Source: Takakia lepidozioides (taxonomy: Eukaryota; Plantae; Bryophyta). From it: DNA of 64,000 bases. The notes beneath the pieces were generated by a model. It saw nothing but the letters and a program-made list of their open reading frames with translations, was not told where the DNA came from and searched no databases. Location: NCBI GenBank assembly GCA_030704615.1, contig CM060733.1, positions 56,792,001-56,856,000 of the forward strand. Direction: 5' to 3'. This document shows positions 38,825 through 49,059 of the stretch, piece after piece (within the stretch, counting starts at the first letter, position 1; the number at the start of each line of letters is the position of its first letter). The translations under genes were made by a program, and so were the position numbers.

Positions 38825-39388
38825 ATGCCGTGCTTCCGGAACCGGGACGACTGCCCATTTGGAGGCATCGATTATGCAATGTATTCGGCCACATCGGGAG
38901 ACATTGTTATCTGGTACACAGATTACACAGAAGATACTGGTTCGATTGTGGAAACATTGGTGGCTTTTGAGTATATCGTAGGCCACTACGCCTTCGAGCG
39001 GGGTGACGATCTTGGTCTGAGGAGTCCGTGGCTCCTGCGCATCCTCGATTCCGATTTTCCCAGCTACAACGGTCACCCATGCAGAAGAAGGCGCACTGCT
39101 ATGCTGTTGCGGTGGAACTGCTGCCACTGGACGTGGGTGGACTCCATCGGAGAGACCTATTCTCCTGAAGGAGTGCGCTCATCTTCTCCATTGTATGGGG
39201 ACATTCGCATTGGTGTGGACGACGAAAACGTGAAGATTTCCATATTCGATGGTGGTATGATTGAAGGGCAGGACATTGTGGTGAACATCACTAGGGGCGG
39301 TACAACGGCTGCAATCGACTTTACATGGAGGAGCCCCATGACTCATGAGCTAGTTCTGAGAGCAGTCGAAGTCCCATTGACAACATGA
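38825..39388 (+). CDS. Cargo ORF 2, unknown protein (187 aa)
   Basis: Uninterrupted ORF MPCFRNRDDCPFGG...EVPLTT that aligns end to end with cargo ORF 1. Confidence 0.75.
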   Translation: MPCFRNRDDCPFGGIDYAMYSATSGDIVIWYTDYTEDTGSIVETLVAFEYIVGHYAFERGDDLGLRSPWLLRILDSDFPSYNGHPCRRRRTAMLLRWNCCHWTWVDSIGETYSPEGVRSSSPLYGDIRIGVDDENVKISIFDGGMIEGQDIVVNITRGGTTAAIDFTWRSPMTHELVLRAVEVPLTT

Positions 39389-40682
39389 CTTGTATTCAGT
39401 AGGCACAGGGCTAAAGATTTGATGGCACAATCAGCACAGTAGACGTGCTTCAAATGCAATTCATGTGGATCAATAAAAACCTCATTGTGCCCTCTTTTTA
39501 TTCTATTCTGTGTCCATCGTTCCGAGAATGCGTCATTGCTCATTTCGTTTGGGATTGGGAGTGTGGGTGGATTTTGCAAGTGGCTGGTAGGCTGAAATGG
39601 GCCCCCATTGTACAGAGCAGTACCACCCTACCATTCGCGAAACATTGCCTTTCAATATATAATTCTAAATAACATTGCCGAACCTCCTTCATCGGGAGGT
39701 CCTTCTCCCCCTATGACCGTGGCACCCTAAACCCTATTCCCGCGGACACTCATTTCCGGAAAATAGTGCTGCTCATGTTTTTTTCCACACTTACGACTCT
39801 GCTCATGGCTCATGCCGCTCATGGCTCATGGCTCATGAAATAGCAGCCCCCGCTCCAAGTCATGAGCGGACACTGGTACTTATGAGCGGAGTGCTTCCAA
39901 CACGAGCGCGGAAATCTTCGAAAACCTTCTCTTCTTATACTACTTTCGATTATTTTATAGTTTTGGGCCCAAAAAAAATCTGCCGAAATTTGAAGTGTGT
40001 TACTTTGCGGCTCATGGGTGAGCCATGCCCGCTCATGAGCTCATGAGCTCATGGCTCATGAGCTCATGGAATAGCAACCCCCCGAAGGTGATATGGCCAT
40101 ATAGTTAATGTCTAGGATGTATAAATGCACGGTATTGGAAGGTGTACCACCCAATTCCGCGCGTCACATACACTACCAGAGTTAACCGAGGGCGGAGGAA
40201 AACGAGAAGTCGGCAGCGACTTCTCGTGCCTGGTGATCAGTAAAGTCTGTGCCGACTTCTGGAATAGAAGGTAGAGGAAATGTAACTTAAAAAGGGTAGG
40301 CGGAAGTCTGTGCCGATTTCTCCCAAAAACAGATCGTGTGCTTCAGTACATATGAAAATACAAGTAGGGACCGGAAAGTCTGTGCCGACTTCTGGCCCAC
40401 AATGAAATGACATTAATTCGGAAAAAGGCAGGGACTGTGAATATTGCTTAGAATGCAAATGTACTCCAACATTTTCCATGCTTCAAGACAATCAGTCATA
40501 CTACTTTTTTGCTCCATCCATTGCATGGAGTTGCACAGAAAATAAACCGAAACAAATTTTTGAATTTACATAAACGTTTAAGGGTAACAAGGTTAAGGAG
40601 TGCCCTCACTGGTAGCGTCCCCATATTCCATCTCCACATCATCCACCACTTTCTCGATGATCTCATCGACATCATCATCGTC

Positions 40683-41690
40683 CTATTTTTTTATCGATGG
40701 ATCAGAGCTCTCACTACCTAGCACGGCACTATATTCTACCAAATGTTGAACCTTCCTAAACCTTTTAATCGCTCGTGCCTCACCTGGCCACGTTGGCCTC
40801 TTCGACAATTCGGGGGATTCCTGCTGAGCTAGCCTTTCTGCCATCTTTGCTGCATAGTCAGGAAGACACATAGGTTTGGGTGGGGTGAAGAGAACAGCAG
40901 CTGCTTTTCGATGAAGATCTGCCCTCTTCTCGGCAATCTGTGCCTTCCTATTTTCCCTCTCCTGACGTGCAGCCATTAAGGAGGCTGTATGGCGATGAGC
41001 TGGCGTTGTTGGAGCTGGCCTCCTTGTGCAAATTGAGGGAACATCACTGCAGAAGGAAAAAAAAATACCATGGTCATGAGTCTTGCAAAGGGAACGTGTT
41101 GGCCGGGCCATGGCAAGCAAGACATCGCATCAGAATTGAGAAATCTGCGCTTACTATCATGTTTTGAAGAAAGAAAACGAGAGGAACAGCAAACTTACTC
41201 ACTCCAGTACATGGACATGCACAGGTTGGTCATCAGAATCCCGGAACCACTCATCAGGTGTCAAGTCCATTGGGGCCACGGGGTCAGGTGTAGCAGGCAT
41301 CTCACTTTGCAGGCCCTGCAGTTTCTCTCTTACAAGCTCTCCATCGCCTTCCAAGGCCAGCAAATGGCGACCACAAACCCGTGCAGCCACCATGGATGCG
41401 CCACAGTTTGTAGTGAGGTCCGCAATCTTGCCCCCAATGTCAGTCAACATCTCCATAAAAGTCTGTAGGAACATTGGGCTTTTTTCTCTAGTGCCTCTGA
41501 ACCAGGTCCCATCAGCTCTTGTGTACAACCTGTCTTTGGTGACACAATTGCGCACAATGTCGGTGTCAACTGGATTGAAGTCGGAATCTAGTTTCTTGGC
41601 ATCCCGGCCAAGGTCGCAGGCGTATGTCGGGCTCTTCAACAGCAAAAAAGCATAAAACACCAGAGGCTGCACAGGAAACCCAATTGCCTC
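40683..41690 (-). pseudogene. C-terminal exons of a divergent ParB-MTase paralog (subfamily C)
   Basis: REKSPMFLQTFMEMLTDIGGKIADLTTNCGASMVAARVCGRHLLALEGD (MTase motif X-I-II). The last exon LPDYAAKMAE matches LPSYAAKLAN of copy A. Confidence 0.85.
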
Positions 41691-41933
41691 AGCACATGAA
41701 CTGTAAGTCTGGGCTGACTTCATGAAAGCTGGACAAGGACACGGGTGACATGTTGGAAAGCGTTGGTAATAATTTTGTATTTCCCAGGCACTAGCCTTTG
41801 TCCGATATTGTTAAGCAGGAAAACAGGGGGCTAAGTTGGAAGTCTGTGCAGACTTCCCATATTGATCTGGGAAGCTTGTGCCGACTTCCAAAACAAAACG
41901 CGGACTGCGGCGTTGTTCAAACTGCTCAGCATA

Positions 41934-44492
41934 CGGGATTCGAATTACCTGCAGGATGGAAATTCGGCGTCGGATTTCCATCCATCCGGGATTCCACTTA
42001 CCTGCTGGATGGAAATTCGGCGTCGGATTTCCATCCATCCAGGATTCCACTTACCTTCTGGATGGAAATTCGGCGCCAGATTTCCATCCATCCGGGATTC
42101 GAATTACCTGCAGGATGGAAATGCGGCGCCGGATTTCCATCCATCCGCTTTGGAATTACCTGCGTGAGGGAAATTTCGCGCGCCGCCCTACCTGCGCGGA
42201 TGGAAATCCGGCGCCGGATTTCTATCCATCCGCTTCCGAATTACCTGCGTGAGGGAAATTTGGCGCGCCGCCCTACCGAATTTGCAGCGCCGACTTACCT
42301 GGAGGATGGAAATCCGGCGCCGGATTTCCATCCATCCGCGCTCCGAATTACCTGCATGATGGAAATTTTACCTGGCGGATGGACATCCGGCACCGGATTT
42401 CCATCCATCCGCTCTTCGAATTACCTGCATGACGGAAATTTTGCGCGCCGACTTACCTGGCCGATGGAAATCCGGCGCCGGATTTCCATCCATCCGCTCT
42501 TCGAATTACCTGCATGACTGGAAAAATGGCGCCGAATTTCCGATTTTGGTGCCAGTCAGATCTGGGACTTAGCCATTTTCGGCCCCGAACTGGAAAAATG
42601 GCGCCAAAAAAAAAAAAAACAAAAAAAAAAAAACGCCATTTTTCCAGTTCTGGGCCGAAAACGGCTAAGTCCCAGATCTGACTGGCACCAAAATCGGAAA
42701 TTCGGCGCCATTTTTCCAGTCATGGAGGTAATTCGAAGAGCGGATGGATGGAAATCCGACGCCGGATTTCCATCCATCCGCGCTCCGAATTACCTCCATG
42801 ATGGAAATTTTGCGCGCCGACCTACCTGGCGGATGGAAATCCGGCGCCGGATTTCCATCCATCCGCTCTTCGAATTATCTGCATGACTGGAAAAATGGCG
42901 CCGAATTTCCGATTTTGGTGCCAGTCAGCTCTGGGACTTAGCCATTTTCGGCCCCGAACTGGAAAAAAAACGCCAAAAAAATAAAAAAATAAAAAAAAAA
43001 AAAAAACGCCATTTTTCTAGTTTTGGGCCGAAAACGGCTAAGTCCCAGATCTGACTGGCACCAATATCGGAAATTCGGCGCCATTTTTCCAGTCATGCAG
43101 ATAATTCGAAGAGCGGATGGATGAAAATCCGGCGCCAGATTTCCATCCATCCGCGCTCCGAATTACCTGCATGATGGAAATTTTGCGTGCCGACCTACCT
43201 GGCGGATGGAAATCCGGCGCCGGATTTTCATCCATCCGCTCTTCGAATTACCTGCATGAGTGGAAAAATGGCGCCGAATTTTCGATTTTGGTGCCAGTCA
43301 GATCTGGGACTTAGCCATTTTCGGCCCCGAACTGGAAAAATGGCGCCCAAAAAAAAAAAAAAAAAAAAAAAAAAAAACAAAACGCCATTTTTCTAGTTTT
43401 GGGCTGAAAACGGCTAAGTCCCAGATCTGACTGGCACCAAAATCGGAAATTCGGCGCCATTTTTCCAGTCATGCAGGTAATTCGGAGAGCGGATGGATGG
43501 AAATCCGGCGCCGGATTTCCATCCATCCGCGCTCCGAATTACCTGCATGATGGAAATTTTCGTGCCGACCTACCTGGCGGATGGAAATCCGGCGCCGGAT
43601 TTCCATCCATCCGCTCTTCGAATTACCTGCATGACTGGAAAAATTGCGCCAAATTTCCGATTTTGGTGCCAGTCAGGCCATTTTCGGCCCCGAACTGGAA
43701 AAATGGCGCCAAAAAAAAAAAAAAAAAAAAAAAAAAACGCCATTTTTCTAGTTTTGGGCCGAAAACGGCTAAGTCCCAGATCTGACTAGCACCCAAAATT
43801 TGAAATTCGGCGCCATTTTTCCAGTTCTGGGCCCAGTCAGATCTGGGACTTAGCCATTTTCGGCCCCGAAAATGGCTAATTCCCTACGATGGCTGGAACC
43901 GCAACTGGAAATTCGACACCATTTTTCCAATTCCGCGCTCTATCAGATCTGGGACTTAGCCATTTTCGGGGCCGAAAATGGCTAAGTCCCTAGGCTGCCT
44001 GGCACCAAAATCGGAAATTCGGCGCCATTTTTCCAGTCATGCAGGTAATTCGAAGAGCGGATGGATGGAAATCCGGCGCCGGATTTCTATCCGCCAGGTA
44101 GGTCGGCGCGCAAAATTTGGGGGAGAAGATGCAGAAGATTCCCAGGAGGTGAGGTGGACAGTCCCCCAAGAGGACGGGATTTTTGAGAGGCATAGTGGAA
44201 CTGATGCATCACAAAGCTCGGAGGATGAGGGGGATGAGGGGGATGAGGAAGAAGGTGGGGCAAGTTCCTCGGAGGGTGTAGGAGAGTAGTGCCCATTCCG
44301 GCTATGACAGTTAGAACACACTTGTATAGACGTGGCTTGCCACAAAATTTGCAATAAAATGTTGCATTTCAAGTCCACTGGTGTCACATTCCAACTTCAC
44401 ATGACCCTATTTCCGTGGACTCACAATGGTCTGCTCATGCTTTTTTTTTTTTTCCGCTCATGCTCATGCCGCTCATGAAATAGCAGCCCCCG
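41934..44492 (+). mobile_element. Right part of internally deleted MULE copy (subfamily B): palindrome/hairpin array, last exon remnant of the MTase gene, right terminus
   Basis: GGAAATYCGGCGCCGRATTTCC repeats. EVRWTVPQEDGIFE (44147-44188) matches 36517-36561. Terminus GAAATAGCAGCCCCCG at 44492. Confidence 0.88.
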
Positions 44493-47400
44493 AGGAACCG
44501 AGGATGGTGAAAGTAGGAGCTGATTTGGAGCCGGAATTCTTTGAAGAAGCTAAAAGCTTGTTCATCAAATACAGAGATGTATTTGCTTGGAGCTATGAGG
44601 ATCTAAAAGGGATACCACCTGAAGTATGTCAGCATAAGATTGAACTGGAACCAGGGTCAGTACCAATCAAGTAGGCGAGGTACAGAATGAATCCCAACTA
44701 CGCACAGAAGGTTGGAGAAGAGATTAAGAAGTTGACTGAGGCTAAGTTTATATACCCAATAGAGTATACAACTTGGTTGTCACCCATTGTTATAGTTCCC
44801 AAGAAGAATGGTAAACTAAGAGTATGTGTGAACTACAAGAAACTGAATGCTTGGACGAAGAAAGATCCTTTCCCTTTGCCATTCACAGAAGCAGTATTGG
44901 ACATTGTGGCAGGCCATGAGATGTACTCATTCATGGATGGCTTCAGTGGTTATAATCAAGTGCAAGTGGCAGAAGAAGATCAAAGAAAGACAGCTTTCAT
45001 CACAGACTGGGGTGCTTATGCATACAAAGTCATGCCCTTTGGACTTTGTAATGCACCAGCAACCTTTCAGAGAGTGATAAGTGAATCTTTTCATGAGTAT
45101 CTGGATGATTTCATGCAGGTGTTCTTGGATGATTTCAGTGTGTACAGCTCTAAGAATGAGCACTTGCATAAATTGGAGTTATGTCTGGCCAGATGCAGGA
45201 TGAGAGGTCTGGGCTTGAATCCAGAGAAGTGTACTTTCTGTGTGAACTCAGGGGTGCTTCTGGGACACATTGTGTGTAAGAAGGGACTTCTTGTGGATCC
45301 CAGGAAGACAGAGTCCATTAAAGCCTCTCCACCACCAGTGAATGTTAAGAGTTTAAGGAGATTCCTTGGGCAAACTAGTTATTACAGAAGATTTGTCAAA
45401 AGGTATGCACAAATAGCAGCACCATTGAGCAAGCTTCTGAAGAAAGATGCAGTGTTTGCCTGGACAGCTGAATGTCAACAGGCGTTTGAGGAACTTACAC
45501 TGTCAGTAACAACTACACCTGTGCTGATTAACCCTCACTGGCATGTAGTATTTCATGTTCACTGCGATGCATCAGGAGAAGCGTTGGGAGCGGTGTTAGC
45601 CCAGAATGTTACAGGAAATATAGATTCACCTGTGTACTATGCTAGCAGGTTGATGAACAGTGCTGAAAGGAACTATAGCACAACGGAAAAAGAAGCATTG
45701 ACAATGATCTATGCAGTGAAGAAATTCAGACATTACCTATTGGGCAAGAAGTTTATGTTCTATGTGGATCACCAGGCTCTGATATACCTGGTAAACAAAC
45801 CTCTGATAAGCGGAAGAATAGCAAGATGGTTGATAATCTTGCATGAGTTTGAGTTCGAGGTTGTTTACAAGCCTGGGAGACTACATCTTGTGGCGGATCA
45901 CTTGTCACGGTTATCAACAGGAGAACCAGCCACAGGAATAGATGATCAATTACCAGATGCGAGTCTATTTGCAGTGGAGGTGCAGGGAAGTGCAGATGAC
46001 TGGTTAGATTGGCAGTGGCCAATCAGATACTACCTTGCTCATGGTCAGTGCCCACCTAGTTATGGTAAGGAGCAGAGGAAGAGAATCGCTATCAAGAGCA
46101 CTTGTCGCTAGGCCAAGCATATATGACCAGGGCGGGCAGAACAAGCGTGACACAGCCTATCACAGCCTATCAAGACGAAACACAGCCTATCACATTCCAT
46201 CACGACGTGACACAACCTATCACAGCCCATCAAGGCGAAACACAGCCTATCACAGTCCATCACGACGTGACACAGCCTATCACAACCCATCAAGGCGAAA
46301 CACAGCCTATCACAGTCCATCACAATGTGACACAGCCTATCACAGCCCAGTACGGCGCAACACAGCCTATCACAACCTACCACCGCGTGTCACAGCCTAT
46401 CACAGCTTACCACAGTGCATCACAGCCTATCACAGCGTACCACAGTATGACACAGCCTGTCATAGCTCAACACAGCCTGCTAGGGTTACACGATCCATAG
46501 AATCAGTGACAGGTGGACACCCAATAACTTCAGGAAAATGGCCGACGGAAGAAAGGACGGAAACCAGTTTAAAAATAGACACGTGGAAGTCAGGGCGCGA
46601 CACACAGCTGAGAAGGAAGTGCAAGATCAGGTGTCATCAAGAAAGAGGACAAAGATGGCCATCAAAGTACCTACTTAGCGCGTCAAATTGGATGAAAGGC
46701 GGGCCCATTAATGAATACGGTAAAAGGGGAACGGAACAAACGGCAAGTACAGAAAAGCGAAATTCTTGTCACATGTGTGATCCTAGTGGACTATCCAGCA
46801 GGGAAAGTCCACTAAAGAAAATGAAATCTAAAATCCAGTCACAGTGGTTACAGCCAATAGAAAGCCAGAGAAAGGATCAAGAAATTGGAGGGAAATTAAG
46901 CGCAAGAGGCGGCGTCGTTCTGAGTAACGGGCGTCTCGACGGGACAGACCATCAATGCTATAGCTTGGAAACTATGGAGGAACTAACAGACTATACGCTC
47001 GCAATATTACTTACGCAGTGGCATAGACACGAAAGAACAGAGCAGAGCTTTTCTCTTGATCGATGCTTGCAAGCCCCGCAGGCTTACAAGAAATTACCCA
47101 TAGCTTTTTGTGGCAACCATACGTTTATGCTTTGTGCACTACAGGCATTTCTGCAGTTGAAGAAGAAGCGACGGGGGTCTCCTATGCCTGAAAGGTTACC
47201 TCGATATCAGCCTCCAGAGGGCCTCACTTATCTGGATACTGTTCAATCATCTCCGTCAACAGGTGACAGACCTCGGGCTCGTACACACAGTCCGCCACGA
47301 AACTCTCAACGTCAGAAAGGTGCTCACTCACAAAGGGTTGCTAATCGCAATCAGTAAACCGTGAGGACACGGCTTTTTGAGAGGGGAAGGGGTAATGTTA

Positions 47401-48399
47401 GAGGACTGTCTGGGACTTAGACACTTATACGGGATCTGTAGGGTACCCTTAATTTTTGCACAGACTGAGACCAACAGGAGCCTTAGGGGTGACAGCAGCG
47501 CACTTTAGAAGGGGGTTACACAGTCCGTCACAGTCCAACATAGTCCGTCACAGTCGTCACACAGCCAGTCACAGCCGACATAGCCAGACACAGTCAGCAC
47601 AGCTCGTCACAGCCCGACACAGCCATCACAGCCAACACAACCCGTCACAGCCGACACAGCCACACAGCCAGTCACAGCCCGACACAGCCAAACACAGTCG
47701 CACAGCCAGTCACAGCCCGTCACAGTTTCACACAGCTAGTCACAGCTTGACACAGCTGTCACGACCATAGGGAACGGAGAGCAGGACAGGGAACGACTGT
47801 GGGGAACAACATCTGCAAATAGAACATGTTAGTTCACGGACGACGGTTAGTGAGGGAAACGGTTAGAGCCACGGGTAGGAAGATAAAGGGAGAAGCAAGG
47901 ACTGAGAAGGGGCATTATTGGAAGCACTTCACGGGGAGGACTTCTTGGTCATGCAGGAGAGGGGATCGGGCGGAGAGTAAGAACGGAAGCAAAGATGGAG
48001 AGATGATTAGTAGATGCTTGTTATATGCAAAGCTGTAGTGATATTGTAGAGCAGATTAGAGACACAATGGCTTCAGCCTGATACCTGATAAATCATAATC
48101 TGATACTTATACGATACAATCACACTGTGTAGAGAGATCTAAGTGAAGCTGTGGAATGAATGGATGAGTTGATAGAATCCGATAGATTGATGAAGCAAAC
48201 TGATACTTAATTATCAATAACCAGGTAGCTAACATGAATGCGGAAAGGGAAACAAATAGGAAACACCCCCATGATACACTAGCTGTAGGTCATGACTGAT
48301 TGTTCTGAGCAGGCTGAGTACTTAGAGATTTCCAACTCTTCTATCTTGGAGTTTCCGCCTCGGATAGCGAAGGGATGGGTGAGTAAAAGCCGCGCGACA
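44493..48399 (+). mobile_element. Gypsy copy 2, 3' half (RT-RNase H, integrase deleted, shortened 3' region, LTR 47396-48399)
   Basis: ORF 44687-46111 has YSFMDGFSGYNQ, FLDD and HCDAS..NYSTTEKE. 46103-47150 matches 21374-20480, and 47160-48399 matches 17100-15679. Confidence 0.93.
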
Positions 48400-48949
48400 A
48401 GTACCTAAGTCAACGGCATTGCCCTTAGCCATAAAGCAATCCTTGTTTGAGGCGCGTCCACTGCAGAAGTCTGTGCCGACTTGTGAGGTGAAATGCATCC
48501 ACCGTGACAGCTTCGCACTTGTTGAGCAACGGCTGGCAACCGAATCCACCATGAAGAGGTGGCCACCGGAGAGGGCAATGGTAGATGCCTTCATTGAGCA
48601 CCACAAGAAGAGGAGGGAGCCTGTGCATGGGGGGGTATCCAAACCCTCCATGAAGGAAGGCGCTGACCTCGTCATTGTGGATATCCCAGATGGGCAGATG
48701 GTGCATAATTGTGGAGCAGAGGGTGTTGTGCCAGATTGCAATGTTCGGAAGCTTTCTCACATCAGCTTTGCCATATCGTTGGCAAATGCAATCATGGATG
48801 ATGTGGGGCGACTCCTCATTTTCTGCAATGGTGACAGCAAGACGGAGATGGACCTTCAACGGATAGCGAGCAATGCGTCGTTTCGATTTGTGAAGAGGAA
48901 GTGGACCTGCATGAATGCCCTCCCGCTCCTGACAGACGACGAGCAGTAG
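48400..48949 (+). pseudogene. MTase N-terminal exon of the subfamily C ParB-MTase paralog
   Basis: ADLVIVDIPDG...IMDDVGRLLIF...KRKWTCMN aligns with CDMIILDIPDG...VLDDRGCVVVL...KKKWTCIN of copy A. Confidence 0.85.
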
Positions 48950-49059
48950 CCACATGTAGCCCAAAACACCATCTCCTTGCGTCGTTCATCATGTTCCAGC
49001 CCTATTCCCATTGAAGACATAAGTGCCTCCTACATGTTCCCACGTCCACTAGTGGTTTT

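Larger units (their letters stand above)
25043..39852 (+). mobile_element. Large Mutator-like (MULE) DNA transposon, copy A (near complete; left end in the gap)
   Basis: Collinear with 57580-64000. Order: transposase (-), palindrome array, ParB-MTase gene (+), two cargo ORFs, right terminus GCTCATGAAATAGCAGCCCCCG at 39852. A second terminus-like motif ends at 40084. Confidence 0.9.

Noticed and set aside
25043-39852. Polinton/Maverick or other virus-like element (large size, 6-bp TSD)
   Set aside because: No pPolB, retroviral-type integrase, packaging ATPase or capsid ORFs are visible, and the transposase motifs are Mutator-type.
41798-44100. Many ORFs with MEIRRRISIH / GNAAPHF / KCGTAFP repeats (also 29164-31149 and 61733-63536)
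   Set aside because: These are translations of the palindrome arrays in all six frames, not proteins.
46035-47770. 440-aa and His/Ser-rich ORFs (also 16473-16802)
   Set aside because: Read-through of CACAG minisatellites and deletion junctions; not conserved as an ORF in the other copy.
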